From assembly GCF_009914755.1 (NCBI RefSeq), contig NC_060927.1: 64,000 nt of DNA, one strand, 5' to 3'. The notes below the pieces were generated by a model. The model saw only the letters and a program-made list of their open reading frames with translations. It was not told where the DNA came from and made no database searches. Positions within the stretch are counted from its first letter, which is position 1. Every line of letters begins with the position of its first letter. The stretch is from the human T2T-CHM13v2.0 reference genome, Homo sapiens. Of this stretch, positions 13,736 to 27,038 are shown piece by piece. Both the position numbers and the translations under genes were made by a program.

Positions 13736-14650
13736 TTGAACAAACTAATAACAAATAATGAGGTTGAAGCCATAATGAAAAGTCTCCCAGTAATGAGCAG
13801 TCCAGGACCTAATGGCTTCACTGCTGAATTCTACCAAACATTTAAAGCAGAACTAATACCAATCCTACTCAAACTATTCCAAAAAATAGAGGAGGAGGGA
13901 ATACTCCCAAATGCATTCTACGGGGCCAGTATTACCCTGATAAAAAGTAAGCAAAGACATATCAAAAAAAGAAAACTACAGGCCAAAATATCTGAAGAAT
14001 ATTGGTGCAAAATTCTTCAACAAAATACTAGCAAATCACAATAAAAAGGTCATTTATCATAACTAAGTGGGATATCTCCCTGGGATGCATGGATGGTTAA
14101 ACATACACAAATCGATCAATGTGGTATATCATATTAACAGAATGAGGGACAAAAGCCATGTTATCACTCCAATTGATGCTGATAAACATTTGAGAAAATT
14201 CAACATCCTTCATAAAAAAAAAATTTGAAAAAACTGGGGATAGAAGCAACATACCTCAACATAATAAAAGCCATATATGATAGACCCACAGCTAGTATCA
14301 TATTGAAGGGGAAAAAATTGAAAGCCTTTCTTCTAAGATCTGGAGCACAACAAGGATGCCCACTTTCACCACTCTTATTCAACATATTACTAGAAGTCCT
14401 AGCTAGAGTAATCAAACAAGAGAAAGATATAAATGGCATTCAAATTGCAAAGGAAGTAGTTAAATTTTCCTTTTTTGTAGATAATATACTCTTATATTCA
14501 GAAAACCCTAAAGACCCCACCAAAAAACTATCAGAACTGATAAATTCAGTAAAGTTATGGGATACAAAATCAACATACAAAAAATCAGTTACATTTCTAT
14601 ATGCCAACAGTGAACAATCTGAAAAAATAATCAATTTTGTATTACTATAA
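13736..14650 (+). pseudogene. Frameshifted L1 ORF2 reverse-transcriptase remnant
   Basis: ORFs 13736-14044 and 14225-14650 give RT motifs; the FADD catalytic motif reads FVDN; stops and frameshifts lie between them. Confidence 0.9.
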
Positions 14651-15626
14651 TCCCATTTACAATAACCACAAATAAAATTAAATACCTAGGAATTAACTTA
14701 ACCAAAGGAGTAAAATATCACTATGATAAAAACTATGAAACACTGGTGAAAGAAATTGAAGAAGACACCAAAAAATGGAAAGATATCCCATGTTCATGGA
14801 TTGGAAGAATCAATATTGTTAAAATGTCCATACTACCCAAACCAACCCACAGATTCAATGCAATGTCTATCAAAATATCAATGTCATTTTTCACAGAAAT
14901 AGAAAAACTATCCTAAAATTTACATGGAACCACACAGGACCCAGAATAGCCAAAGCTACCCTAAACATAAAGAACAGAACTAGAAGAATTACAATTCCTG
15001 ACTTCAAATTATGCAACAAAGCTATAGTAACCAAAACAGCATGGTACTGGCATAAAAACAGACACAGAGAACAATGGAACAGACCAGAGAACCAAGAACT
15101 AAATCCATGCACCTACAGTGAACTTATTTTGAACAAAGTTTCTAAGAACACACACTGGGGAAAATACAGTCGCTTTGATAAATAGTACTGGAAGAATTGT
15201 ATATCCATATGCGGAAGAATGAAACTAGACCCCTGTGACGGTTAATACCGAGTGTCAACTTAATCAGCTTGAAGGATGCAAAATATTGATCTGGGTGTGT
15301 CTGTGAGGGTGTTGCCAAAAGAGATTAACATTTGAGTCAGTGGCTTGGAAAAGTCAGACTCACCCCTTAATTTCAGTGGGCACAATCCAATCAGCTGCCA
15401 GCATGGCCAGAATAAAAAGCAGTCAGAAGAATGAGAAAAGGCTAGACTGGCTTAGCCTCCCAGCCTACATTTTTTTCCCATGCTGGCTACTTGCTACCCT
15501 CGAATATCAGACTCCAAGTTCTTCAACTTTGGGACTCAGACTGGCTTGCTTGCTCCTCAACTTGCAGATGGCCTATTGTGGGATCTTGTGGCTGTGTGAG
15601 TTAATACTCCTTAATGAACTGTCATT

Positions 15627-15627
15627 C

Positions 15628-15668
<41 letters not shown>

Positions 15669-15870
15669 TACACTTCATATATATGTATATATGTATACAC
15701 ATACACTTATATACTTATATACATATATACTTATATATACAACTATATACATATATGTATATATACATATATGTATATAATGTAGGTATGTGTATATATG
15801 CACTGATATATTCATATATTATTCGTATATATCTATATATATACACATACATATATACACACACACACAC
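15627..15870. repeat. Expanded (TA)/(CA)/(TATG) low-complexity tract in the 5' MLT2A LTR
   Basis: Direct inspection; MLT2 LTRs carry a TA repeat at this position. Confidence 0.9.
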
Positions 15871-16022
15871 TTAACTTATATAAGAAGAAAACTTCCAGGT
15901 GGAGTGTACAAAAGGCTAATTTGAATTATAAAAACAGAAAATCATGACCTCTCAATCAATTTCCGGATTTGAGCCAGCTTACAGACCCAGAAGCCTTTGA
16001 ATGAAGGGAAGGCGGGGTCGCT

Positions 16023-16280
16023 TTGAGGAAGGACCCCACTACACTACTGATAACTTATACTATTAATCTCTTTCCCGTCCTTCCCCAAGGAGACCTCCGG
16101 CCTTTTACCAGGTTAACTGTGCATTGGGGAAAGGGAAACGATCAGACATTTCAGGGACTACTGAACACTGACTCTGAGCTGACGTTGATTCCAGGGTACA
16201 CAAAATGTCATTGTGGTCCTCAAGTTAAAGTAGGGGCTTATGGAAGTGAGGTAATTACTGGAGTTTTAGCTCAGATCTGA
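16023..16280 (+). pseudogene. HERV-L aspartic protease remnant
   Basis: TVHWGKGNDQTFQGLLNTDSELTLIPG resembles ERV-L protease LLDTGSELTLIPG with the catalytic motif mutated. Confidence 0.8.
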
Positions 16281-17328
16281 CTTACAATGGGTCCCTGGAC
16301 TCATCTTGTGGTCATTTCCCCAGTGCCAGAATGCATAATTGGCACAGACATACTTAGCAGGTAGAACCCCCACATTGGCCCCCTCACTGGTAGCATGAGG
16401 GCAATTATGGTGGGAAAGGCCAAATGGAAACCATTAGAGCTGCCTCTATCTAGGAAAATAGTACATAGTAGTATTGTCTTTATTTGAAGATTATGTATGA
16501 TCTCAGGAGATGTATATGGGTTCAAGTTGACAAGCGGTGGACTTGTGATGGTTAATACTGAGTATCAAATTGATTGGATTGAAGGATGCAAAGTATTGAT
16601 CCTGGCTGTGTCTGTGAGGGTGTTGCCAAAGGAGACAATCTAATCAGCTTCCAGTGTGACCAGAATAAAAAGCAGACAGAAGAATGAGAAAAACACCAGA
16701 CTGGCTTACCCTCCCAGACTACATCTTTCTCCCATGCTGGATGCTTGCTGCCCTCGAACATCGGACTCCAAGTTCTTCAGCTTTGGGACTCAGACAGGCT
16801 TCCTTGCTCCTCAACTTGCAGATGGCCTATTGTCAGATCTTGTGATTGGGTGAGTTATTACTCCTTAATAAACTCCCTTTTATATATATATATATACACA
16901 CACACACCCTATTAGTTCTGTCATTCTAGAGAATCCCAACTAATATAAGCCCTATATGTCACCATATACAAAAATCAAATCAAAGTGGATTAAAGACTTA
17001 AATCTAAGACCTTAAATTATGAAACTACTACAATAAAACACTGAGGCAACTCTCCAGGACATCAGTGTGGGAAAAAATTTATTGAGCAATGCCCCACAAG
17101 CATAGGCAACCAAAGAAAAAATGGACAAATGATATCAAATCAAGTTAAAAAGCTTCTGCACAGCAAAGGAAACAATCAACAAAATGAAGAGACAACCCAC
17201 AGAATGGAAGAAAATATTTGCAAACTACCCATCTGAGAAGAGGAGATTAATAACCCAAATATATGAGGATTTCAAAACAACTCTATGAGAAAAAAAAATC
17301 TAATAATCCAATTGTTATAATGGGCAAA

Positions 17329-18187
17329 TTGGTTTCTTAAAGAACTAAAAGTAGAATTACCATTCAATCCAGCAACCCCACTGCCCGGTAACCAAAGGAA
17401 AAGAGGTCATTATATGAAAAAGACACACGCACATGCATATTTATAGCAGCACAATTTACAACTGCAAAAATATGGAGCCAATGTAAGTGCCCATCAACCA
17501 ATAAGTGGATTAAAAAATGTCTTTTGAAGCAACTTGGATGTAGCTGGAAGCTGTTATTCAAAGTGAAGTAACGTAGGAATAGAAAACCAAATATATGTTC
17601 TTACTTATAAGTGAGAGCTAAGCTATGACAGTGGTCCCCAACCTTTTTAGCACCAGGGATCAGTTTCATGGAAGATAATTTTTCCATGGACCAGGTGGAG
17701 GGGGGATGGTTTTGGGATGAAGCTGTTCAACCTCAGATCATCAGGCATTAGATTCTCATAAGGATCATGTAACCTCAATCCTTCACATGTGCAGTTCACA
17801 ATAGGGTTCATGCCCTGTGAGAATCTAATGCCACTGCTGATGTGACAGGAGGCAGAACTCAGGTGGTAATACTCGCTCACCCACTGCTCACCTGCTGTGC
17901 AGCTCAATTCCTAACAGGCCATGGGCTGGTGCTGGTCCACAGCCGAGGGGTTAAGGACCCCTGAGCTATGAGGATGCAAAGGCGTAAGAATGATATGATG
18001 GACTTTAGAGACTTGTGAAGGAAGGGTGAAAGGGGAGTGAGGGATAAAAAAATACTACATACTGAGTAGAGTGTACACTGCTTGGGTGATGGATGTATTC
18101 AAAATCCGAGAAATCACCACTAAAGAACTTATCCATGTAACCAACAACCACCCCCTGTACCCCCCAAAACTAGTGAAATGAAGAAAA
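17329..18187 (+). mobile_element. L1PB1/2-like 3' end nested in the L1MA
   Basis: GCTAAGCTATGAGGATGCAAAGGC..AAGAATGAT and AAATCACCACTAAAGAACTTATCCATGTAACC; host L1 resumes at GGCAAAAGATTTGAATAGAC. Confidence 0.85.
17629..17963 (+). mobile_element. MER1B (hAT-Charlie) nested in the L1PB
   Basis: TIRs CAGTGGTCCCCAACC / GGTTAAGGACCCCTG; perfect 8-bp TSD AGCTATGA (17621-17628, 17964-17971). Confidence 0.92.
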
Positions 18188-18213
18188 GTGTTTAAAGGAG
18201 GCAAAAGATTTGA

Positions 18214-18495
<282 letters not shown>

Positions 18496-20130
18496 TAGAT
18501 AAATGGAAATCAAAGCTACAATGAGATGTCGTCTCACCCTAATTAGAATAGCTTATATCGAAAGACAGACAATAACAAATACTAGTAAGGCTGTGGAGAA
18601 AGGGAACCCTTGTACACCGTTGGTGGAAGTGTAAATTAGTACAACCACTATGGAGAACAGTTTGGAGGTTCATCAAAGAACTAAAAACTGAGCTACCATA
18701 TGGTTCAGCAATCCCATTGCTGCGTATATACCCAAAAGACAGGAAATCAGTATATCGAAGAGATATCTGCACTCCCATGTTTATTGCTGCACTGTTCACA
18801 ACAGCCAAGATTTAGAAACCACCTAAGTGTCCATCAACAGATTAATCTATAAAGAAACAAGTGATACTTATACACAATGAAGTACTATTCAGCCACAAAA
18901 AAGAATGAATTTCTGTCATTTGCAACAACATGGATGGAACTGGAGGTCATTACGATAAGTGAAATAAGCCAGGCACAGAAAAACAAACATCGCATGTTCT
19001 CAACTATTGGGGGGATTTTGTATTTAAAACTATTGAACTCATGGAGATGGAGAGTAAAAAGATGGTTGCCAGAGGCTTGGAGGGGTAGTGAGGGGTTGGT
19101 GGTTGAGGGGGGATGTAGGAATGCTTAATGGGTACAAAAAACTACTTAGAAAGAATGAATAAGACCTGGTATTTGATAGCACAACAAGGTGATTATAGTC
19201 AATAATCATCTAATTGTACATTTTGAAATTACTACAAGAATATAATTGGATTGTCTGTAACACAAGATAAATGCTTGAAGGGAAGGATGCCTCATTTTAC
19301 ATGAGGTAGTTATAATGCATTGCATGCCTGTACGAAAATACCTCATGTACCCCATAAAGATATATACCTATAATGTATCCACAATAATTAAAATAAATTT
19401 TTATAAAAGAGGTTCTGCATTCTGTCTTCCAGATAAAATTCCACCTGGAACCACAGGGAGGTGAGAGGTATTTAGCAGGTTAAAGCAAAAATGGAAATAA
19501 AAATGTGGCTTCACCCAATACCAGAATCCACAGACTATGCTAGAACCTTAGGCAGAGTACTGCTCCACTGCTCCTGCCAGAGTACCCCTTTTCTCTTACA
19601 AACATCCTAAGTCCCTTTCAGATCAAGAGAGTATAGTCCTAAGGCCTAAAAACATTTTGCCTCAGCGTCAAACTATACATTATTACTCCCATCTGTTTTA
19701 GCAGCTCTTCAACTCTATTTCTAATCATTTCCAAACTCCGTACATGAATGAAACACTAAAAGAACTCAACAAGGCTTAAGTCTCATGTCATGTTGAGCAT
19801 ATGTAGTTGTTTAGAAGATTATCTCTGTGAATTCTACTCCTTACAGATTCTTTATAGTTAGAGGGGAAAGAAATGAAGGGAGAGGGGAAAACATAAGATA
19901 ACACTTTTACCACATTAGGCTGGGGAGTATTAGTTGCTGAAACAAGAGAAATAAGCATACCTGCCCTCATATTAGACTGCTCATTCCCCGACGGAGGCAC
20001 AGTTCAGAACAGACATCACTCTTTGCTTCACCATTGCCCCAGAATAGGATCATGTTTTGCATGCTGGTTACACATGTCCATACAGAGTTAGAGGCCAAAA
20101 TATTGAAAGATTATGGATAAAATTTGACAT

Positions 20131-20437
20131 CTGGAAACCATCATTCTAAGCAAACTATCACAAGGACAGAAAACCAAACACTGCATGTTCTCACTCATAG
20201 GTGGGAGTTGAACAACCACAACACATGGACACAGGGTGGGGAACATCACACACCAGGGCCAGCTGGGGGAGGGTGGCTGGGGGAGACATAGCATTAGGAG
20301 AAATACCTAACGTAAATGACGAGTTGATGGGTGCAGCAGACCATCATGGCTCATGTATACCTATGTAACGAACCTGCACTTTGTGCACATGTACCCTAGA
20401 ACTTAAAGTGTAATAAAAAGAAAGAAAGAAAAAAAAA
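20131..20437 (+). mobile_element. L1PA6-like 3' end
   Basis: L1PA 3'UTR and A-tail; TSD AAAA(T/C)TTGACATCT at 20119-20132 and 20434-20447. Confidence 0.9.
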
Positions 20438-21759
20438 CTTGACATCTAATATTCCAAAGGTCTAAAAAATACTTAAGGTCAGGAACCGTTTCTGCTACAT
20501 TTCTTAGGTGTTGCGAGCAGAGAATATTTTTTTCCTCCATAAGGCTGGGTTTATACTGGATTCTTTCATATGCTTTTTTTTTTCAAATATACAGACGTAA
20601 AGCCTTTTTAAGAAACTCCAAACTTCTTAGGCTTCTCATTTTTTCATAGTGTCAGTGATATGAATTAGCAATATTTCACTCAATTTATATAGTGTTATGT
20701 AACAGAGTAAAGTATTTTTGGGCACACAAATGACTCATTTGACAGTATTCAGTCATTTTTATAAGTAGAAACTAGTTAACCAGTCTTTCTTCCTGGAGCA
20801 TCAAACCGCTCCTAAAAGATTGAACATTTTACTTGCAATGTTCAACAAAATGCTTACTTTTCCAACCGTATGTAGCAAGCATTTAGGAATGACACTTGGG
20901 TAGAAAGTGAGAACCTTCAGCTTCTGAGAAAGCAGAGAACGTCATTGCTCTACTTGACAAATTGATAATCACCATTAATCAATCATACCGTCATCTACAT
21001 TAACAATTCAGACAACTGAAGTGAATAAGTCACACACACACACACAAATACACAGATATGCGTGCACACCTTTAAACATGTCTACTGCTACTACAATATG
21101 GAGACATGCAGTAGTAGAACTACAATTACAGTTCTACATTGTCAGAACTACAATTAGTTCTGACCATGGAAGTTGCAAGATGGCTAGAAGTTTGTAGGCA
21201 GTCCCAACATAAAAGACAATTTTGTTCTATTTTGGTATAGCTATACAAAAATGTCTTATCCATAGGTTAAATTGCCAATCATTAATCCAAATAGACTACA
21301 GAGATATGTAAGTCACATCAACCATTGTTAATGAATCCAGCTTTTGTTGTGTTGTTGTTTAAAAATGACAGATGGATCTGTTATAACCATTCATCTCCTC
21401 TTATTCTGTGGTAGATAGTCCCATAAATGAGTTAGTGATATTGTGAATAAATCATAGTTGCTCAATAGGTAAAAACTCTAAGTTAGTGCTTTTCTATTTA
21501 TGTTGCATTTTTATTCATATACTGTATACATTTCTTTTGAAGCGCTAATCTTCATTAAATCAAAATGTTATATTTTTGTTAATTTTATAGTACTTGTAGT
21601 AAACCAAAGAAATATTTTTAATTACTTGTACATTTCTTAAGAGACTGACAATTTTTGAGAAGAAGAAAAGTGTTATTGGTAGATGATACCTTCACATATT
21701 TAAGCTGAATGCAAGAACTCTCAAAATTTATGAAAATAGGAAAAAGGAGGCCAGGGAAG

Positions 21760-22340
21760 ACTTTTTTCAAAGATTCAATACATACCAATAACAAAGGAAA
21801 TGACTTATTTTAAAAAAATAGAAAAATGAAAATGAAACGTGACAATTCCTATACAACAAAAGACAGTGTAGACAGTGTGGAAAATTGCAATGGATGAGAA
21901 ACAAGAATATATAATAACAATTACACATGAAGATACGAACAGGCACCTCACCTGAAAGGAATCACAAAAGGCAAATAAACACAGGAAGTGAAGATCAGCA
22001 TAAATATATGCACACTAAAGGCAAGTCAGGTAATGAACAAGATTTCAAATCAACAAAGTTGAAAAAGACTCACAATATCAAGTGCTGGGAAAGAAATAGG
22101 AAGATATTTTTAATTCTCACAGGTAGTATTGATGATAATGTAAATGGATTTAACCATGTGAGAGAACAATTCAGCAATATCAAATATAATTGAATGTGTA
22201 CACACTTAGTTTATATTCTCCTGATTATAATTTAGAGAACTCTAACACATATTACCAGGAAACATACAAAAGGATGTAAATTCCAGCATTGTGGGCAACG
22301 TTAATATTTTAGAACAACTTGAAAGTAAAGCATATGGGAG
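21760..22340 (+). mobile_element. Old L1M (L1ME-like) fragment
   Basis: Degenerate ORF2-end/3' motifs (CACAATATCAAGTGCTGG, TGTAAATGG...AACAATTCAGCAATATC). Confidence 0.55.
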
Positions 22341-22964
22341 ATGATAGTATTTTGCTTCTAATAACAGGGAAGTTTAAATATTCAGAAGGGCTTTATGCTG
22401 AAATAAAGAAGATCACAGATTATAACAAACATATGAGGGGAAAGACTATCAAGAATGAGTTAACGGAGAAGGAACAGGTGATTCAAATATTTTGATCATA
22501 GCCATATTTATATAAATTGATTGATTAGACCCTTCAGTTAAAATGTGAAGATGGACAAGTTGCATTTTAAAAAGTAGAGAAACAAACAAACAAAAACCAC
22601 AGAGGAAAAAAAACAAATCAGCAATATACTATTTATATAAATTACACTTTATAAACACAAGAACATATTTGATATTGTAATTTTAAAAAATGTATTGTGG
22701 CAAGTATTTATTGGTATCTCATTTGGTATTAATTAACATCATGTTTATTGGTCTTTTGGGTATCCTCTTTTTTGAAATGTTTCTTCAAGTGTTTTGCTAT
22801 TTTTCTATTGTATATTTTTATTGATGTGTAGAAATCACATATTATAGATATAAATGCTTTGTAAATAATTATATGTACCAAGGATATATACTTTTACCTG
22901 TTAATTGCCTTTCTACCCTCTTAAAATAGTACAATTCTTATTTTAATTGCAATGTTTCAATATA

Positions 22965-23322
22965 GCCTCATACATTACTTGTTGGTATAAAAATTGACAT
23001 TATGGAAAAACTGTTTGTCCGTGTCTCTAAAACTTACCATAGGCCTACCCTATGACTCAGCAATTCCACTTCTCGGTAAATACCCAATAGAAATGTATGT
23101 ATACGTTCACCAAAAGACATGTATGAAAATGTTCATTGTAGCATTATTCATTGTAGCCAAAACTGAACATAATTAAATGTACATCAACAATATGAGTAAA
23201 AAAAGATGTTTTATTCACAACATGGACCATACCTGCAAAATTGCCACCCCACATCCAGGAATGATCAGTGCAGGTAGAACCCCATCCTTTGCCCCCGATC
23301 ATGCAGGGGGAAATACATATAT

Positions 23323-23373
<51 letters not shown>

Positions 23374-23735
23374 TGAACTGTTTTTGCAGGCAAGAACTTA
23401 AATAACTTTCACTTACACAATGTTAAGCAAAATAATCCAAGCCCAAAATATATATGGAATATATATGGTTCCATTCATATAAAAAATTGTAAAAGAATCG
23501 AAACTCTTCTACAGTGTCAGATGTCAGCATAGTGGTTGCTTTGGGGAAGGACTGGGTAGTAGTAACGAAATATATGTACAAGGAGGGCTTTTGATTACCG
23601 GTAGTGTTCAATTTCTTGAGCTTGGTGGTGGTTACATGAGTATGTTCATTTTATGCTGTGTCATACAACTATGGGTTTTTGATTAATGCTTTCCTTTTTC
23701 TATGTTATGCTTCAATTAAAAATTATTTTAAAAAA
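22965..23735 (+). mobile_element. L1MD/ME-like 3' fragment containing a (TA)n tract at 23327-23370
   Basis: CCCTATGACTCAGCAATTCCACT...TACCCAATAGAAATG...CACCAAAAGACATG. Confidence 0.7.
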
Positions 23736-24343
23736 TGGTTAATTGATGTTAACATTTGTCAAATATGTGGCCTGATAGATAGGTATATCTTTTATTAGGA
23801 TCTGCACTTTTCTCAATTTCTGAAATAATTCAAAATAATAAGTAAAACTATTAATCATCAATCATTCTCTTGAAAGGATTGAGCTTTAAAGTGCAGATAA
23901 TGTTACCTTTGAAGGTGTCAGTGATCAATTGATTTATTATATCAATTAATTTAATAGAATTTAACCTAATCCTTAATTGTCCTTCCCTGCCCATTGTTTC
24001 ACTCTGTTAAAAATATCCATCACATCATTATTTGAGTACATATCTATATGTATATTTATGCCTACCTATATGTAAATCTTCTTTTCTCCACAAAATGATA
24101 ATCTTTGTGGAGACCTGCCTCCTCTAGAAAGCATGTTCACACTCAGGACTTTTTTGGAAACTAATTTTCAGAGCGAAAGAAGCATTAATGCTTCTTAACT
24201 GCTGACCTTCTTATGAAACACTAACTACTAGTGAGCTAAGAATTCAAAAAAAGGACAATGTCAGGCCAGAGAAATATAACACATTGCTTTTGTTTTTAAA
24301 CATCGAGAAGAATATATATATTTTACTGCATGGAAAGATAATT

Positions 24344-24691
24344 ATCTTAGTCTGTTTTGGCTGCTATAACAAAATACCATAGAAGAGGTACTACAAACAA
24401 CAGAAATTTATTTCTCTCAATTCTGGAGGCTAGAAACCCGAAATCAGGGTCAGGTTCTGGTGAGGGTCCTTTTCCAAGTTGCAAACAGCTAAATTCTCCT
24501 TGTAGTCTCACATGGCAAAAAGGGCAATAAATAGCTAGCTAGCTGGACTCTTCTTATGAGGGCATTAATCCCAATCTTGAGGGTGCTGCCCTCATAATCT
24601 AATCATCTCCCAAAGGCCATTATGCCATCCAATTGGAGGTTAAGGTTTGAACATACGAATTTTGAGAGAGACAAACATTCAGCCTGCTGCA
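24344..24691 (-). mobile_element. MLT1A-type MaLR solo LTR
   Basis: TCTTAGTCTGTTTTGGCTGCTATAACAAAATACCATAG...ACAAACATTCAG. Confidence 0.85.
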
Positions 24692-27038
24692 ATAATCATT
24701 CATATTCTTATATAGTCTACCAATCTTTTTTTCTTAGGTACGTGCTGATTTTTTTTAGAAATATAAGTATCTAAATGTAAAACATAGGCTATATGTAAAT
24801 TGTTTTATAGTTTTCTTTTTTCACCCAATAAAGCATGAACTTTTTTATGTAATTAAGGTATGCATGATAATATTCCTTAATCCAATGTTTCACAATCTTC
24901 AGAAGTATGACAACCATATAGAGTATAACTGGAATATAATCTTTATGTTGTGGTTATTTATCTAGCACTCATGAGTGTTTGGCTGCCTTAGGGGCAATAT
25001 GAAGTATTCGTTATTAAGTTCTGTATTTTTACTTTTCTTATAAAATGGGTCCAACTCTACAGTAAACCTTGGATCTCTTCTCCATTTTAAAGAAATGCCC
25101 TGTAACCTCTAAAGACAGAAACCGAACTTAATCCAGGAGGGAGTAGAACTTTCACTGAGAAAGTTGCATGATGGGTGCGTCTTCAGTGAATTTCTTTCCC
25201 ACTTGCCACAGTTACTGCCCCATTAGTGTTTTCTAATTTACCTTTCCCCTCCTGTCTACTGACTTCAGATTTTCTGTTTGTTCATTTGTTTGTTTTTACC
25301 CTGTCACCTCCTTAATGATGATCATGATGAGAACTGCTATGGGATTCACTTACATGAACTTAGAAAAACTAATCTCACTTCTTTCCAAAACTAAAACCAT
25401 GGGAGAAAAAATAGTGTTCTAAAGTTATTCTTTGGCTGACTTCTGCTTAACTTCTCTATTTACAATTTCAGTTTATTTTTAGAAGGCTTTAGAGCTGATG
25501 ATTACATTCTTTATGCTTAGCTTGACAGAAGGACAGATAAACTGGTTTACTAATACCACATTATTTTACTATTATAATAAATGCATTTAAATTGTAATTT
25601 TAAGGCAGTTTGTGAGTCAACCCAAAGGTCTTCATGTGCTCTTTCAAAGTGTATCATCTGCTTCAAATTAAACTATAATTTGGCAATCCTCTCTGGTAAA
25701 CGTACAAAAAGCTAGTTAGAAGAATATAACCTGAAAAGTTTAGTGCATTTTGGCAACAAAGAAAAATTATCTGTGGGTTTACATTCTCAACTTACTTGAT
25801 TCTTTTTGACAGATTTAGTACATGGGTTATATAAGTGAAAATAATGAAAAACTAAATGCATATAAAGAAACTTCTGACCCAATATGTAGAATATAATAGT
25901 ATTATAGTTTATAATATTTTTTGTAAGAAATTACATATTTTTTGGGAAATGAGAAATACAAAATAATCTAAAATGGCACTGTTCTTTTTTGGCAATGATG
26001 AAATGTCTAAGTGAATTCTGAAAATTTGCTTTAGGAACTTCAAAACTTTGTGTTATCTATGATGTGTTTCATTATTAATGCCCTGAAGTAGCTGGCAATG
26101 TTTAGTCTAACTGGGTTTAAATAGCTTATTGTATGAAACTTTCATTTGGGGTTATTTTTCCAGGCTCAGGAATATCTTGAGTAATTGAGAATTTTTCCTA
26201 AAAATCTTTGCCAAGAGATAAATATTGTCAGCTGAATAGTTGTATCTGGTCATGTCTGTGAAAGGATAGATAAATCTAGTAACCTTACTTAATAATGATG
26301 ATTGTGGTTTTTCCTAAGTATACAGATATCAGGGAGAGCTGGTTCATAATAGTTAATCTGTCCATAAGATGTTGGATTATCCCTGGGTGGTTAGGCAGAA
26401 GGAAAGAATTACTAGGAAGTATCATATGTATCTTCATCTGAACAAGAAACGTCATTACCTTTGATCCTGCCTCATTGGGGAAAGAAAAAATGGACTGCTG
26501 AAAAACTTGGTATAATTGGGGCAGGATCAGAGCTCCACAGCTCAGAGTCATTATTCATAAGGAGAAATGAATAATTTCTATCTCCCTCTCCTTCTCTCTC
26601 TTTCTCTCTCTATCCATCTCATTCTGAGCCAATCACTGTTCTAAGTGCTTTGAAATATTTACTCATAGGTGAAAGAAGTGAATTCACAATGGGAATAAAC
26701 ACTGTTTTGTTTTACATTTTAGCCTTAAAAATGCCAACAGTAACACAATAAATTTAAAAATCAGGGAGACATGGGGTCTAGGTAGAGAGTCTCTAACCAT
26801 TCTTGAAATAATTGGCAGAACCTACCTTCTGCTATGAGCATAATATATTGTCTCTGGCAAACTACTAGACAGCTTCTGGGAACAGCTGATAAGGAGTAAG
26901 GGGAATGAATAAAACCCAAATTTTTCTACTTTGCTTTATAGATCACTGCATCTTACAAGGGTGGCAGAACTCATTGGTTATTTAGGGTAGCCTCTCTGGT
27001 ATTCAACAGAAGATGACGACTAATGTCCATATTTTACC

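Larger units (their letters stand above)
15234..16947 (+). mobile_element. Internally deleted HERV-L provirus with two MLT2A-type LTRs (5' LTR from 15234, 3' LTR 16544-16947), inserted in L1 ORF2
   Basis: Both LTRs begin TGTGAYGGTTAATAC; gag/pro fragment between them; PPT-like CAAGCGGTGGACT before the 3' LTR; 5-bp TSD ACCCC/AGCCC; L1 sequence resumes seamlessly. Confidence 0.9.

Noticed and set aside
10805-14650. L1 ORF1/ORF2 as a functional retrotransposon
   Set aside because: Multiple stops, frameshifts, a mutated RT motif and nested insertions; inactive fossil.
15340-15874. 146-aa and 86-aa ORFs
   Set aside because: Translations of the MLT2A LTR plus TA/CA microsatellite.
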